A stretch of 62,954 nt of DNA, the filler included, from Octopus bimaculoides (lineage: Eukaryota): assembly GCF_001194135.2 (NCBI RefSeq). It is 6 parts of 6 records of this genome, joined end to end, with 100 filler letters (N's around TTAATTAATTAA, not from the genome) between each part and the next. Parts side by side here need not be neighbours in the genome. Positions count along the whole stretch, not along the records: positions 9,032 to 24,006 come from NC_068993.1; positions 24,107 to 43,635 come from NC_069002.1; 4 more parts are not named here. One strand, 5' to 3'. The position numbers were made by a program, and so were the translations under genes. Below the pieces are notes generated by a model that had not been told where the DNA came from, ran no database searches, and saw nothing but the letters and a program-made list of their open reading frames with translations. This document shows positions 14,880-28,627 of this stretch, piece after piece; positions within the stretch are counted from its first letter, which is position 1; each line of letters begins with the position of its first letter.

Positions 14880-15350
14880 ATTTACAAAGAACAGGATAAG
14901 ATTACATAGAGTTAAGAGTGAATTGATAATATAGTTTGGGATTGTGAAGCGCCCATTTAGAAACCAGCACATCAAAAAATTAAAGAACATTATCTCACAA
15001 CTGAAATCTAAAGAGGGAACATTGGTTACTTCCGACAAAACTGGAAATCTATACAACATGAACATTGATTTATACCATGACCTTATGCTCAAGGAAATTA
15101 CACAAAAATAGAAAATAGGAAATAGGAACATACTTAAAAACATTAAACTTGAGTGTAGAAAAACAATGTCAGAACATAATATTGATGACCTGACTAAACC
15201 TTTTGTCCCTCTTAAACCTAGAATATCCTTTAAGGAACATAAACCGAATTTTTTTATCGATCCTAAATTTAGACTTATTTGCCCAGCAAAATCAGACATA
15301 GGTAAATTAAGTGAATCAATTCTACATAAATATATAATTAAAAAATAGGA
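14880..15350 (+). mobile_element. Penelope-like (Naiad-type) RT N-terminal fragment
   Basis: RISFKEHKPNFFIDPKFRLICPAKSDIGKLSESIL matches the ITLKDHKxNF...RLINPAKSxIGK motif. Confidence 0.75.
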
Positions 15351-15479
15351 TATATATATGAACATGTGATTAAGAAGCAGCTGAATATATACATAAAGTA
15401 ATATGGTATTATATTTATATGTAATGCATTTTTATGTTACATAATTTAGTAAAATAATGTTGGAAAGCAAATATATGAT

Positions 15480-17392
15480 TATAGAAATTTAGCAAAAGTG
15501 TACTTATGTGCGTGCAAACATTGGTAATTTTTTTCTGATTTATCATTTAAGAGATTGTGTTTAGAGAACAGGATATAGTACGTTTCATGTAGGCAGAGCG
15601 AATATGCCTTGGCTGGTGGTTTTAGGGTAGAGTATTATTTAGAACTTTCCATCTATTTTTATAGGCTTTATTATTATCTTTAAGTTTCCAGATAAATTTA
15701 CTAAGGGCTGTGTTATTACGTTTAGTAATATTCCGAAATGAGGCTTCATGATTTCGTGATACGATATTTCCCGTAACACGCTGTTACTCCAAGATAATAA
15801 AAATGTATACCTTCAGAATCAACTGTGGATTGGTATACTAGGTTAATGCGTTTATAGTAATTGTTAAATTTACAATTTTCCTTAACTCTACAGTCACATG
15901 AAACATTTAGATCATTATTGCATGTGTTGGTATTAGCGCTCCTGTGTCGTCTAAGTATTATAGGAGGGTCAATTTTAGTAGCATTTGTGTTCCTAGTTTA
16001 AGGAGGAATGTTTCTATTTTTGTAATACTCATCAGGTTTAATATTATTGGAAGATAATATATGTCTAAATAAGTTTTTAGTTATAGAAAATCCGATCCAT
16101 ATTAAATTATTATTATTATTATTTATGGTACTATATTTACTAGAAGCGAAATATTTATCTATTATGGAACGGATTACTTTGATAAGGTTTGTCTTTTTTT
16201 ATTTGCCATAAGGTAAAATAAGCCAGCCAAATTATATTATTATTATTTTTATTATTATTATGTTTTTTGTGGCGTTCATGGTTGTTATCAGGTATATGTT
16301 TTATATATGGGATAAGTTTTTTTTTACGTTTGAAGCATTTATTAGTTTTGTAGTTGGATTCAAGTTCATAGAGATTCTTCTTCTCATTATTATTATACTT
16401 ATTATAACTATTGGAATGATTGCTTTTATTTGTATTGTTATGCCTATTATATCTAAATATTGGTTAAATTTTATCTATAGACAATTTATCGTTTATCTTG
16501 TTGGCTGTCTGGGCGAGGAGCTTATCATTATTTTCAGTTTTAATTTTATGTGTATAGCCCGCTTTAGCTAATGCTGAGTTATAATCAATATTAAACATTT
16601 CTTTGTTATATGAGAGGTAAGTAATCCTGCGTCGAATATTTTAAACAAAACATTTAGTTATTGTTTTGTGATGATTATTATCATAATTAATATATGTTAA
16701 CTTTGAATTAGGTATGTGATATGGTGCATGGTTGCCTGTGAGTAGGTTAAGGTTTATGGAACTATGCTCATTTTCTAAGGAAACTTTCAAGCCAAACGTA
16801 TTAAAGATTTTGTGAAATTTCTTCTTGTAATTTTTAATTTTCTGTTACTGATAGTTTTAATTATAAATAATGCATTGTCTCTATATAATTCTCCGGCTAT
16901 TTTTGGAAATTCCTTAATGAACTTGTACAAAATATAAATTTCTACGATATCAGTGATTTGCGCTGAATCAGTACATCCCACAGGTATATCAAAGTAATCG
17001 GGTGTGTCCTTTCTAGACCGGTATTTGTTGTCAAATTTAATTAATGATTTTTTTGCAGTGAGAATGATATCAATTTCTTTGCGAGACAAGTTGGTGTGAC
17101 CCACAGCAAATATTAGGGCACTATTTAATATGATGGGGTTGATGGAATAATAATAATAATTTATAGCTACCTTTATAAATCTATGTCTATCCTTATTATC
17201 AATTCTATTAAACCAATTTATAGCTTCTTGTGTACTATATATCAATATTTTAATATTTCTCTGTATTAATTCTAAAAAAACATTATCGTAGTATAATAAC
17301 AATAAACTTTTCATCTTTTCTTTATTTACATTTCTAAATCTTATTCTTTGTATATTACACCCCTCATGATAAGTTACATTTGTCTTTATCAT
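15480..17392 (-). mobile_element. Penelope-like (Naiad-type) element: RT core, thumb and C-terminal GIY-YIG, degenerate
   Basis: STQEAINWFNRIDNK, FDIPVGCTDSAQ, ELYRDNAL, NNHHKTI...SALAKAGY, CDCRVKENC, VYQSTV...YYLGVT, LSKFIWKLK, SLCLHETYYIL, CLHAHK. Confidence 0.85.
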
Positions 17393-18063
17393 ATCTTGCT
17401 CCCATAAACTTTTATAAATATATTTTTCAAATGCATTCGCAACATTTCATCGATCAATATTAGCTAAATTTCAACGATCAATATCTAATCACATGAACAC
17501 TACATCCTCATAAGTTGTTTATAGTTGAACATTTAAAAACACAGTCCTCAAATAAGGTATTTCGTGATTCAAGGATAGAAAATACATTTACTTTTCCCTG
17601 AGGATACCCGGAAATATATGCTTCCCTGTATCTATAACCATGCTGATCATTCAAACATACTGTCGGATTGAAACAGGTGTAGGATTTTTATCGGATATTT
17701 TTTGATTGTTTTGTTGATCCGGTTTCTTTTATTCTTATTCTTATAAGTATCACTTTTACTTTGTATTACTTTTCAACTGTGATACAAATAAAATGAATCA
17801 AGTATCATATTTCTTCTTCACCATTTTCTTTTATTATCTTTATATATATATGTGTGTGTGTGCGTAGTATACATACATATATATGTGTATATGTATATNN
17901 NNNNNNNNNNNNNNNNNNNNNNNNNNNNNNNNNNNNNNNNNNNNNNNNNNNNNNNNNNNNNNNNNNNNNNNNNNNNNNNNNNNNNNNNNNNNNNNNNNNN
18001 NNNNNNNNNNNNNNNNNNNNNNNNNNNNNNNNNNNNNNNNNNNNNNNNNNATATATATCCATA

Positions 18064-18530
18064 GGCGCAGGCGTGGCCGTGTGGTAAGAAGCTTGCTTCC
18101 CAACCACATGGTTCCGAATTCAGTCCCACTGCGTGTCTCCTTGGGCCAGTGTCTTCTACTATAGCTTCAAACCGACCAAAACCTTATGAGTGGATTTGAT
18201 AGACAGAAACTGAAAGAAGCCCATTATATATATATATATATATATATATATAATGTATGTATGTGTGTTTGTGCGTGTGCATGCGTGTGTTTGTGTGTGT
18301 GCATGCGTGTGTGTGTATTTAAGTATGTGTGTGTGTGTTGTGTGTGTGTTTGTGATTGTTACCCCGCTATCGCTCGACAACTTATGCTAGTGTGTTTATG
18401 CTCCCGTTACCTAGCAATTGGGCAAAGAATGAGTCCTGTGGCCGATTTCTACGACTAAAACCCTTTAAGGCAGTGCTCGAGCATGGGCGCAGTCAAGTTA
18501 CTGCAACAAGTAAAAGAATAAAAGAATATT
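18064..18530 (+). mobile_element. Composite tRNA-derived SINE, family 2 (head + microsatellite + tail)
   Basis: Head gtgtggtaagaagcttgcttcccaaccacatggttcc; tail ...gtgctccagcatgg.cgcagtc...aaaagaataaaagaata. Other copies or parts at about 24600-24670(-), 34277-35030(+), 40300-40690, 44440-44545, 57860-58020(+), 58690-58890(-), 59790-59990(-). Confidence 0.75.
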
Positions 18531-21500
18531 GAATGCGATATTCTGCCCATTATTGAAATCTAAATAAGATTACCGAAAGAATTGACAAAATCCAAAGCTC
18601 GACTTGAATTTCGAGTGTTTGAAAATATATAAGTATTTAAATTAGGAAACATGGTTTATATTATTTAGAATATATTGTGTCTATCAACATGATTATTTTG
18701 AATGCGATGACAGCCTTTCTAGAGATACTGCGAACATTTATGGTAGTTTTTGATTGATAAAATGTTTACATAATTCGGAGTTTATTATAATAGCGTTTAT
18801 TCAGGACATGCTGCTGCCAACATTTGCATCATTCCAAGAGAGAAAGGTTAACCTTTTAAAGAGCCTATGAAGCAATAGTATGTGCACTTAACCAATATCT
18901 ATTACATTTTCACCATAACGAACATTTTGGCAAACAAATACTTAAAATTCAAGCAATATTCTCTTACGATGTAATCTGTATAACATTAGAATATTGCATC
19001 AAATTAAATGTAACTGATATCTAAAAGCATATTTCGAAATTACTTCTGCATTTATGAAATGTTTATAATGCCTTATATTAATTTCAATATATTCGAGTTT
19101 ATGGTACACATTTCAATAGTCGATTTTTGCAAAAGAAAAAGTGTGTGACAAGGGTTTTTTATAAATGCCGAATCTGGAGGAAGGTGCCGGACTGCCTATA
19201 CAATTGAAGGTAGTGTTGTTAATGTTTATTTAAATTGTTATATTTCAACACCTACAGAAAATATATAATCAAGAAGTAGTCTGGTGTTCTCACGAGCAAG
19301 AACTGAGCATAGTACTCCAATGTAGGCATCACGTGTTATTTGTTGACGAACGCCAACTTTTGAGTGGTGGTCTTTGGAATACGAATCGAGATACGATACG
19401 AATTTGTTATAGCCAGGTTACATTCTCAGTGACAGTGAGGCCCAGCAGTTGGAGCAGATGCAGCCACCGTGAGCGCTCTAACTGAGAGTAGTTCATGCTT
19501 AGTTTGTAATGTACTGCGGTGACGTTTACTTGATATGTTATTTTCGTTTAAAAATAATGTTATTATGGCCTTACTTGAGGTCTCCGTTCATTTTTACTTT
19601 GATTGCTCTGTCATGAATTGCGCATTTTATATACTTAGTTGTAAATTTCACAGTGTCATGGTGTCGTAGTTTATATTTCGGAAGATACTGCAATGTACGT
19701 GCCATACATAATTACACACTACTAGTGCTTTTAATGTCAGATATATAAATATCTGTATCGTAAAGATTGTCTCTTACATACCGTATGATTAAATTGCAAC
19801 TTTGTTTCAAGTCATTCTCTGGTATGTTTGTCATAAACGAAATATGAATATAAACATTTTTACGGAAAGGAGATACTTAAAATACTTAAAGGTTTTTATT
19901 ACCCCTCCGCTGCGTTTGGCCAACGATATGGAGAAATCACTCCTAGTGTAAATCTGCAATGTAAATTCCATTAAATACGTAATTGTAACGAATACAAACT
20001 GCATATTTTGGAAATGGTAATTTACATTAAAAAATTTATGGCCTCGTGGATATCACTGTGATAAATCAAGTTGTTCTTGTAAGAATGTATATAAAGATAA
20101 AAATTTTGATTAGTTTTCACTGAACGGTATATTTCTTGGGAAATGTTCAAGTTGTGAGGGTAATTATTGCAGAAACCTATATACTACTTTCTTCTTTGAA
20201 TATCAAAATTGGTATTTGAACGTTTATCACTGAGACTTACGTACGTTTATACATTTGGGTTTTATTATCCTTAACAATTGGCCACTGGCATTTTATTTCT
20301 AATAAGAAGTATGAGTATATTGATTTGAGCAGATAAATAGTTGAAATTGTCCATTTTTCTATATATGAAAATGTAGGCATATACCCAGTCTACTACTGAT
20401 ATAGAAATGAGGAAAATAATTATCGGAATCTATGATATCTCGTATTAATATACTTGAAGACAATTATATAATAATCAGTTACAACCTGTTCCTTAATAAA
20501 GGTTGCTTGTGTCTATAGTAATACAAATGTCGGCATAACTTTTTATTAAATAATATGTTTTTTTACATTGCATATGTTCGTAGAGTAATTCTTTATCTAT
20601 AGTAATTTTTCTTCCTTTTCTCTTTCGTTTCCGGAAACTAATAGGTTCCAAACAGAAGCAAAATATCGTCACTGAGTTATGGACGAAGTAGTAGGGTAGG
20701 ATGTCAGATATCCATGGGTGGGTAACAGCAGGTTCTAACGGATATGACACCTTTAGCTAGAGTAAAGTGCTGATACGGATGAAGAAATTCATAGTAAAAC
20801 CAATTCAACTAAAACCACTGACGTGCATCAACCAGCAGTTGTTCGAATGAGTTTGTGCGAGCAAACAAGTAAGAATTGATGACGTTGCTGCACATTTGGA
20901 CAGTGGTCACAATGTATTACAGAAGATTACTGAAGACGAGGGAAGGCGTTTGGAAATGAAATGTTTTCCAAGTGGATACCGGAGTAACTGACACTAAATA
21001 TGAAGGAAAGAATTATAGAAGACTTCTGTTGTCCACTGGAAGTGTTTGAAACCGAAGATAATACATTTCGTCTCAATCTGGTACAGAGGACGAAATTGGA
21101 ACGCATCTTCATTATTTTTAATTGGTACCTATGTAAATTAATAAAGTTCTTCTGCATTACTTTTTGTACATATTGATGAATAATTGAATGGTCGGAAACA
21201 CGTTTTTAGCATGAATATCATGTTATACTAATACTATAATCAGGGATACTTATGACACTTTAATGATTTTTAAGAAATAAGACTAGAGAGAGTAGAATCA
21301 GCATGCGGGAGAAAACGTTCTTGGTAGTTAAATTAAGTTTTAGTGGAAGTCATCTTTCGCTGCTTTGGGAAAAAATCTGAAATAAATAGCCATTTTTTAT
21401 GAAACAATTACCATAATTAACGTTTAAATGTGATAAGAAATGAAGAAAAACTATTATTGTTTCATGTTATATTTCTCTAGACTTTGAGCCAATCACTAAA

Positions 21501-23245
21501 AAATTCTGATTGAGTTTAGAATTCCAACTAACAATTCCAGAGGTAAAAATATTTCATCAGCCCAATAACTGAAGCCTTAAAAACAACAAAACCTATTTAG
21601 GTGAATGTCGCAACGTTATTGGACTTTACCAGCAACCATTTATTATTTATTATATACTCTCTTGTCTAGTGAATTCTCATAGAGCAGGCCTATTATAATG
21701 CTTTGATTATGCTATCGTTTTAGAGTTATCAATACATTATTCAAAGGTCCAATCTTTATTAGGATGTCATATTGTTGACAAGTGATATGTTTACTTAGCA
21801 GGTCGAACGATGGCATCCAATCATTCTCTTTAGCTTTATCAATGTTATGGGGAAATGCTTGTCTTTTCTACGTTTCATGTAACAAGGAACTGGAAGTATT
21901 ACGCTAAAAATATGGTATATATGTATATTTTGTAATGTTTTATTATAGTAGAAAACCCTTCAAAAATTTCTAATACTTCATACTCTATGAAAATACACAT
22001 ATTTTGCTATTTCGTACTTAAGAATCATCGGTTTAGGGGTATGTTTAATATTAGAACTGCAAGATAATTTACCCTAAATTATGTGCACAATAATTCCTAA
22101 TTTTTAACTATCCCCTTTACGATGTTGCGTAATGTAATACTGTAGATCGCATGTAGTGATACTTTAAATGTAGTGATCAATGTAATTCCTTTAGACCAAC
22201 CTAGGATTTAGAAAAGGATGACTAGGCTTGGGGGGGGGGCAGATCAATGTACAATAATTCAATGTTTCCATTCTTTCATCGTTAAACCATTGTGATTTTT
22301 ATCCTCGTTTCGCATATCTAGAGAATTATACTCTCATAGCAGGTTTTCATTTCAGTTGTACAGCTAAGGAAATGCGCATCAAATATATCGCCATCCTGTA
22401 TAATTTACGAGTGCAGCTCGGCCGATTTAGAGTTACGTACCTTGCCTATAATCACAGTGTCAGTACCAGTAAATGAATGCGAAAAATGAAATAAAACCTT
22501 TAGAGTCAATGATCTATTCCAGTTTTATATTTAAGAGATGAGGAAATATGTACATTATTTACAAATGTAAATAATGTCGATGATCTATTGTTTTACATTT
22601 TTTCTGCTATCGTGGCATGAAATTACCAGCGTATTTTCTCAATTGCTTTCAATTACTTGAGCTGAGAGTAGCTGAATGACATTTTTAAAACTATCCGTTG
22701 AATGATAAATTATTTAGAAATAATTCAAAGACAGTATGATACATCTGCTGTAAACCTCGTTTTATTCCGTTTTGTTAGTTTAGGCTTAGATATCAGATAT
22801 ATTCGCAGTTAGGAGACGCTGATGCATGAGGGTGATGACATATTGAAAACCGATGGCCTAATTATCGTTGCTTGACAAGAAAATGATGCCTTTAACCAAA
22901 TAATTAATTAACGATAATATGATAGAATGTTACTGCAATGAGTTCCCAGAGAAGGGCAACATAAAATATGTTATCGAAGAAATAAATGAGGCTGAATGGA
23001 AGATGAATGAAATCTGAATATGCAGAGGCAAAATGTCAGTTGCATGTGGCTAATACATTATGTACTGAATATACTCTGGCGCCATGTAGTTGAAGATTAG
23101 GTAGCTTCAAAAACTGAAAAGATAAATTTCATAGATATAATTTGTGTATGCTCAAGGAAAACTTTCAAGTATTATTTGAATCTAACATTTTCAGCTTTGA
23201 ATAAATACAAAATATTCAACATATCCGATATATATNNNNNNNNNN

Positions 23246-24000
23246 TGGAAACACCTAGCATCATAGCATCATAATTTTGATATATCTATAAAACCGTCAA
23301 AAGCTTGTTTATTATTGTATTTTGATTTATTATTAGTGTTGCTTAATATGTTTTGCTACAATTGCTGTTTCTATTCAAGTATCATCAGAAAAAGGTAATT
23401 AAAATTCATTAAAATGACAGATATATCGGACTATCAAAGTGGTCAAATTGTCGGTGCTCATATGGCAGGCGATAGCGTAACGAAAACAGCCGAAATGTTT
23501 GGTGTATCAAGAAGTATTGTCTCGAAAGTAATGACAGCCTTTGAGAAAGATGGAAGAAACCTCTTGGTTGAAACAAACTCCGGAAGCAAACCAAAACTTT
23601 CAGATTTGGACCGTCGGGCTCTTACGCGAATTGTCAGAAAGGACCACAAAAGTACAGCGCCCAAAATTACTGAAGAGTTTAATGACCACCTCGACCCCCG
23701 GCCGAGTATACGTATGGAGGCAGCCAAAAGAAGCATTTGACCCAGACTGCCTTCTTCCAACTGTTAAACACGGAAGAGGATCTGTCATGATCTGGGGGTG
23801 GGGCTATATATTGGAAATACGCCGGCCCAATAGTTTCCCTTCGTGCCAGAATTAATAGAACGAAGACTATTTAAGCCTTTTATCTGATCAAATTCATCCT
23901 ATGGTGGCAGAGCTATTTCCGGAAGGCGGATCAACCTCATATTAAACTAAATTTGTGTGAAATTTTAAAGTGTCTCTATTAATTTGTTCAACCCTATATA
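23246..24000 (+). mobile_element. Tc1-family transposon, internally deleted
   Basis: HTH MTDISDYQSGQIVGAHMAGDSVTKTAEMFGVSRS joined to LLPTVKHGRGSVMIWG. TIR-like ends ggaaacacct and attaatttgttcaaccctata. Confidence 0.85.
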
Positions 24001-24109
24001 TATATANNNNNNNNNNNNNNNNNNNNNNNNNNNNNNNNNNNNNNNNNNNNTTAATTAATTAANNNNNNNNNNNNNNNNNNNNNNNNNNNNNNNNNNNNNN
24101 NNNNNNACT

Positions 24110-24410
24110 GAGATCTTCCGTGCTCACACAGACATCTAGAGACATCTCTATGAGAGGTCGTAATACCCGTGAGAGGAAGTAGGACAGTCTATAGTTGCTG
24201 GAGATATTTGCTCCACAAACTGGTCTGGTTGGAGGCCCCATGACAGAGTTTATGTAGGGTTTGTGGTCTTTGCGTAACCCGTATAGTGTAGGAATGTCGT
24301 TGTTGGTAGCTTCGAAATTGTGTGCTGTCCTTTTTGTAGGTTGGAGTATGTTGCACCACATTCCCATGTGTGCGTTGAGGATTTTTTCCACTTTTTCATG
24401 TTTCAACACA
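24110..24410 (-). mobile_element. Penelope-like element RT N-terminal part (continues into a gap)
   Basis: IPTLYGLRKDHK...PPTRPVCGA...SNYRLSYFL matches the PLE P.LYGLPK.HK...RPI.S motif. Confidence 0.8.
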
Positions 24411-24568
24411 CGAAATCACATAAAAAAATCTTGCAAACCAAATCCCAAAACGAGATATATGTATATATATATAAATATATATATATATGTACATATAGAT
24501 ATACACACACTCACACACATGCATACATACGTACATACATATGTACATACATACATACATACATACAC

Positions 24569-24599
<31 letters not shown>

Positions 24600-25566
24600 G
24601 TGAAACTGAGCCAGAAACCATGTGGTTTGGAAGCAAACTTCTAACCACACAGCCACGCTTGCCGCTACATGGCTAGTATATTTACTCAAAGAGTCTCATA
24701 ATTCAATGCTACTTTCATTTTTGGTTCGTTGCTGCGGTAGCCATGGGAATTCTTAAGGGGTATTGAAACAAAAGGACCTACTCAAATGATTGTTCTGGGG
24801 ACGATCACCGACACAACCTAATCTCTGGCCCCTCAACCGAACTTCGCTGTTGTCTACCTCACAGAGCTGACTGATGTTGTGGCGCCGATACCAGCCTATC
24901 CGATTCCTTACCCTCTCTTACTCTAGATTGTCCAGTCACTAGAGGATTTCCTTCTATTCGCTAAATACGGAGAATCTATGTTAATTATTGCAGACATCGT
25001 AGTTTTTTGCCGTATGTGAGAGATTATAAAACTTATTTAAGACATCTGGTACATTTTTTGCCGAGACAAAGAACCGGAAATTCTAGCAGATAAGACTTAG
25101 TGACGTAGTCAACTCCTTCGGTTTAATCAACAAGATTAGTTCTATTCTCAACAATGAACTTCTACTTATTGTTGTAGCTTCAGTTTTGATGTTGTCTAGT
25201 AAACAGGAGAAATTTCTGGTTGATCAGTGATACCAATGAATCAGCTTATGTGAAATCACTCTGATCATTAGTTCCTGCAAGTTGAACATCATGGAACAAG
25301 AAAGACAGCGACATACTTTACATTTCCATTTACCGATGGCGACCGCCTTTCTCTTGTCGTAAGCGAGCTCAACAATAACCAACTGAACTTATTCTTTATT
25401 TCGAAAAAAAAAAAAAAGTAGGGACTTGATGCGAGTTGTCTCGCTTGTCTATTACTAACTTTCAAATGTTTTACACCAGGGGCATTGAGAATATACTCTC
25501 TTACACCTCTGAATACACAACCGCTCAACGAACTATCTATAGTATATGATATATACAGCATATTAT

Positions 25567-25655
25567 AACGGCCTACATGTTTCCATTGCTGCGACTACTC
25601 ACTGCTGCAAATGCAACTCTGCAATATTGTCGGTGCAACTTCATCAGGGTCCGTC
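25567..25655 (-). ncRNA. Type I hammerhead ribozyme, intact core, extended stem II
   Basis: GACGG(A)CC / CUGAUGA / A-GUUGC..(about 50 nt)..GCAAU-G / GAAAC-AU-GUA, predicted cut between 25574 and 25573, then GGCCGUU. Stem III is the palindrome ACAUGU. Confidence 0.7.
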
Positions 25656-25708
25656 GGCCCGTGGCTATAGTATATAGTATATAGTATATAGTATAAACAG
25701 TATATTAT

Positions 25709-25799
25709 AATGGCCTACACGTGTTTCCACTGCAGAGACTAGTCACTATTGCAAATACAACTTTGCAATATTGTCGGTACAGCTTTATCAAGGCCCATC
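25709..25799 (-). ncRNA. Hammerhead copy 2, core mutated (UUGAUAA)
   Basis: Same unit; stem I GAUGG(G)CC/GGCCAUU, stem II GCUGU/GCAGU, stem III palindrome ACACGUGU, GUA triplet. Confidence 0.6.
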
Positions 25800-25834
25800 C
25801 ATTTGGTCATCCTCGAAGTCAATTGATTGAAATG

Positions 25835-25925
25835 GACGGACCCTGATGAAGCTGCACAGAAAATATTGCAACGTTGCATTTGCAACAGTGAGTAGTCGTT
25901 CCAGTGGAAACACGTGCGGGTCATT
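25835..25925 (+). ncRNA. Hammerhead copy 3 (inverted), cleavage triplet mutated to GCG
   Basis: GACC / CTGATGA (25843-25849) ... GAAAC (25907-25911) ACGT GCG / GGTC. Confidence 0.6.
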
Positions 25926-26008
25926 ATGATATACTGTATATAACTATAAAATAAATTTTGTGTATGTACAAGTCTCCATACTCTTTATTATCATTATTAT
26001 TATTATCG

Positions 26009-26064
26009 TTCTTCTTCTTCTTCTTCTTCTTCTTCTTCTTCTTCTTCTTCTTCTTCTTCTTCTT

Positions 26065-26095
<31 letters not shown>

Positions 26096-26132
26096 ATAAT
26101 AATAATAATAATAATATTATTATCATATATAT
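26009..26132. repeat. (TTC)n-(AAT)n compound microsatellite
   Basis: Direct reading. Confidence 0.95.
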
Positions 26133-27413
26133 ANNNNNNNNNNNNNNNNNNNNNNNNNNNNNNNNNNNNNNNNNNNNNNNNNNNNNNNNNNNNNNNNNNN
26201 NNNNNNNNNNNNNNNNNNNNNNNNNNNNNNNNNNNNNNNNNNNNNNNNNNNNNNNNNNNNNNNNNNNNNNNNNNNNNNNNNNNNNNNNNNNNNNNNNNNN
26301 NNNNNNNNNNNNNNNNNNNNNNNNNNNNNNNNNNNNNNNNNNNNNNNNNNNNNNNNNNNNNNNNNNNNNNNNNNNNNNNNNNNNNNNNNNNNNNNNNNNN
26401 NNNNNNNNNNNNNNNNNNNNNNNNNNNNNNNNNNNNNNNNNNNNNNNNNNNNNNNNNNNNNNNNNNNNNNNNNNNNNNNNNNNNNNNNNNNNNNNNNNNN
26501 NNNNNNNNNNNNNNNNNNNNNNNNNNNNNNNNNNNNNNNNNNNNNNNNNNNNNNNNNNNNNNNNNNNNNNNNNNNNNNNNNNNNNNNNNNNNNNNNNNNN
26601 NNNNNNNNNNNNNNNNNNNNNNNNNNNNNNNNNNNNNNNNNNNNNNATATATAGTTTTACGTTGCTGTTTCTCTGGCGACCGCCATGATTATGCCACGTT
26701 AACTAATGTGAGTCTTGTAGGAAGATACACTTGGAAATATCATTGGACAAAATGCACAGCTGTGTTTCGAAGATTTAAGAGAAATCGAATGACAGATTGA
26801 TGGAATGGCAAGAATAGATGCAGAATAAATGGCTGAATAAACAAATTAAAGCAAATAAAAAATATATATAATAATATATAAAAGATAAAAAGAATGAAAA
26901 TAAAAAATGTGAAAATAAACAATTAAGTGAAAGAAGGAGAGCTTAATATTAATGGGAAATTAATAGTTGAATGGGTTCTAATATACTTGATATAATGAGC
27001 TGAACATTTTTAATTAATTAAGTTCCTAGACATGGTGATTAAGAACCGCTGCATCTACAGTCTCTCTTAAAGTAGATTGTCTCTATGAAGAAATGAATGT
27101 AGTTTATGTTATGCAGTAGCATTTGGCTAATAGAAGCTCAGGTGAGATTGTCGGTGCAGCTTTAATAAACGATTCTTTCTGTACAACTCTAAACAACACG
27201 AAATAACGCAAATAGAATAGAGCTTTTGTTTCTGAAGTACAATGTTAAATCATTAAATTGCACGTTCACAATGAGCTGTTTTGAGGGAAAAAATCAAAAG
27301 AAAAACGCAGTTGTACACACGCATACATATACACACGGATGTACTCACGCGCGAACGCACACACTCATATACATACACATATACACATTCGTACATATTC
27401 ATGTTTATACATA

Positions 27414-27460
<47 letters not shown>

Positions 27461-27849
27461 TAGAGTGCACCTTTGATGTAGGTCTGAAGAAGTCCCATTT
27501 CTGTGTTTAAAACTGAGTTGGTACAGAAAAAAATTTAATTGGTCATTAAAAATCCTTCTTTGTCTTCTTATATGGATTATATTTTACATTTCTCTATGAC
27601 CATTCTATAGATCTTGCTGTTGTGACACCTGGTTTTTCCCCACCAGAGGAATTTCGATCTTACTTAATACTGTAATCTTCGGAGAGTGAAGATAGCCTAA
27701 TCCTCCGATTGAGAGCTGCATTGGAAACACTCAATCTCTGTACCCTGCCAGGACCTCACTTATACTCTCCCCCTCTCTCTCTCTCTTTCTCACACAAACA
27801 CAAACACATGCACAAAAACATACACATAATCGCACACAGAGTTACATGT

Positions 27850-28260
27850 GTACATACAAAGGTATGAGAACACGTACATAAAACAAAACATACATGTTCG
27901 AGTAATTTTGTTATTCAACTTCAAAAAAGGACGTAAAGCAGTTGAAACTGCTTGCGATATCAATGAAACATTTGGTGAGGAAATGACCAGTGAGTGGTCA
28001 GTTTCAAAACGGTTTAAACGATTTCGCAGTGGAGACCTGAACCTTGAAGATCGTGAGCGTAGTGGATGACCACCTGTCAACGGTGACGGTCAATTAAAGA
28101 TTGTCTTTGAGAAAAATCCACGTAAAACCACTCTAGAACTGGCAAAAGAACTTCACCTTACCCAGAAAATGCCTGCAACCATTTATATGCGATCAGAAAA
28201 TCAAAAAATCTCGACGAATGGGTACCACACGATTTGAATGAAAATCAGAAAATACACAGA
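27850..28260 (+). mobile_element. mariner transposase 5' relic
   Basis: FKKGRKAVETACDINETFGE...FKRFRSGDLNLEDRERSG...WVPHDLNENQK. Confidence 0.85.
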
Positions 28261-28486
28261 TAACTGCGTTTCTTCTTAATTCGGTTTCAGATGCTGGATT
28301 ACTCGAGCTAACAATAAGTTACTAGGCTCTGGTAACTTTTCTCGCTTGGTAAATCCGAGAATCCCATCCATTCAGGACTGCATATCGAACAGTGTGCATA
28401 GATGCAGTTGAAACGCGCGTAGGTCCACTAAGGGATGCTATAAATTGTGGATATGAAAAATCTCCGTTCTCCTTATCATTATTGTT

Positions 28487-28520
28487 AATAATAATAATAA
28501 TGATAATAATGATGATGATG

Positions 28521-28617
<97 letters not shown>

Positions 28618-28627
28618 CTTAATATAT
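28487..28627. repeat. (AAT)n/(TA)n microsatellite
   Basis: Direct reading. Confidence 0.95.

Noticed and set aside
16005-16040. Minus-strand CTGATGAG-tatt..aata-GAAAC
   Set aside because: No stem III, NUH site or stem I; lies in the coding linker of the Penelope-like element.
20640-21130. Possible PGBD3-like piggyBac N-terminal remnant (SADTDEE, PLEVFE)
   Set aside because: Too degenerate to support.
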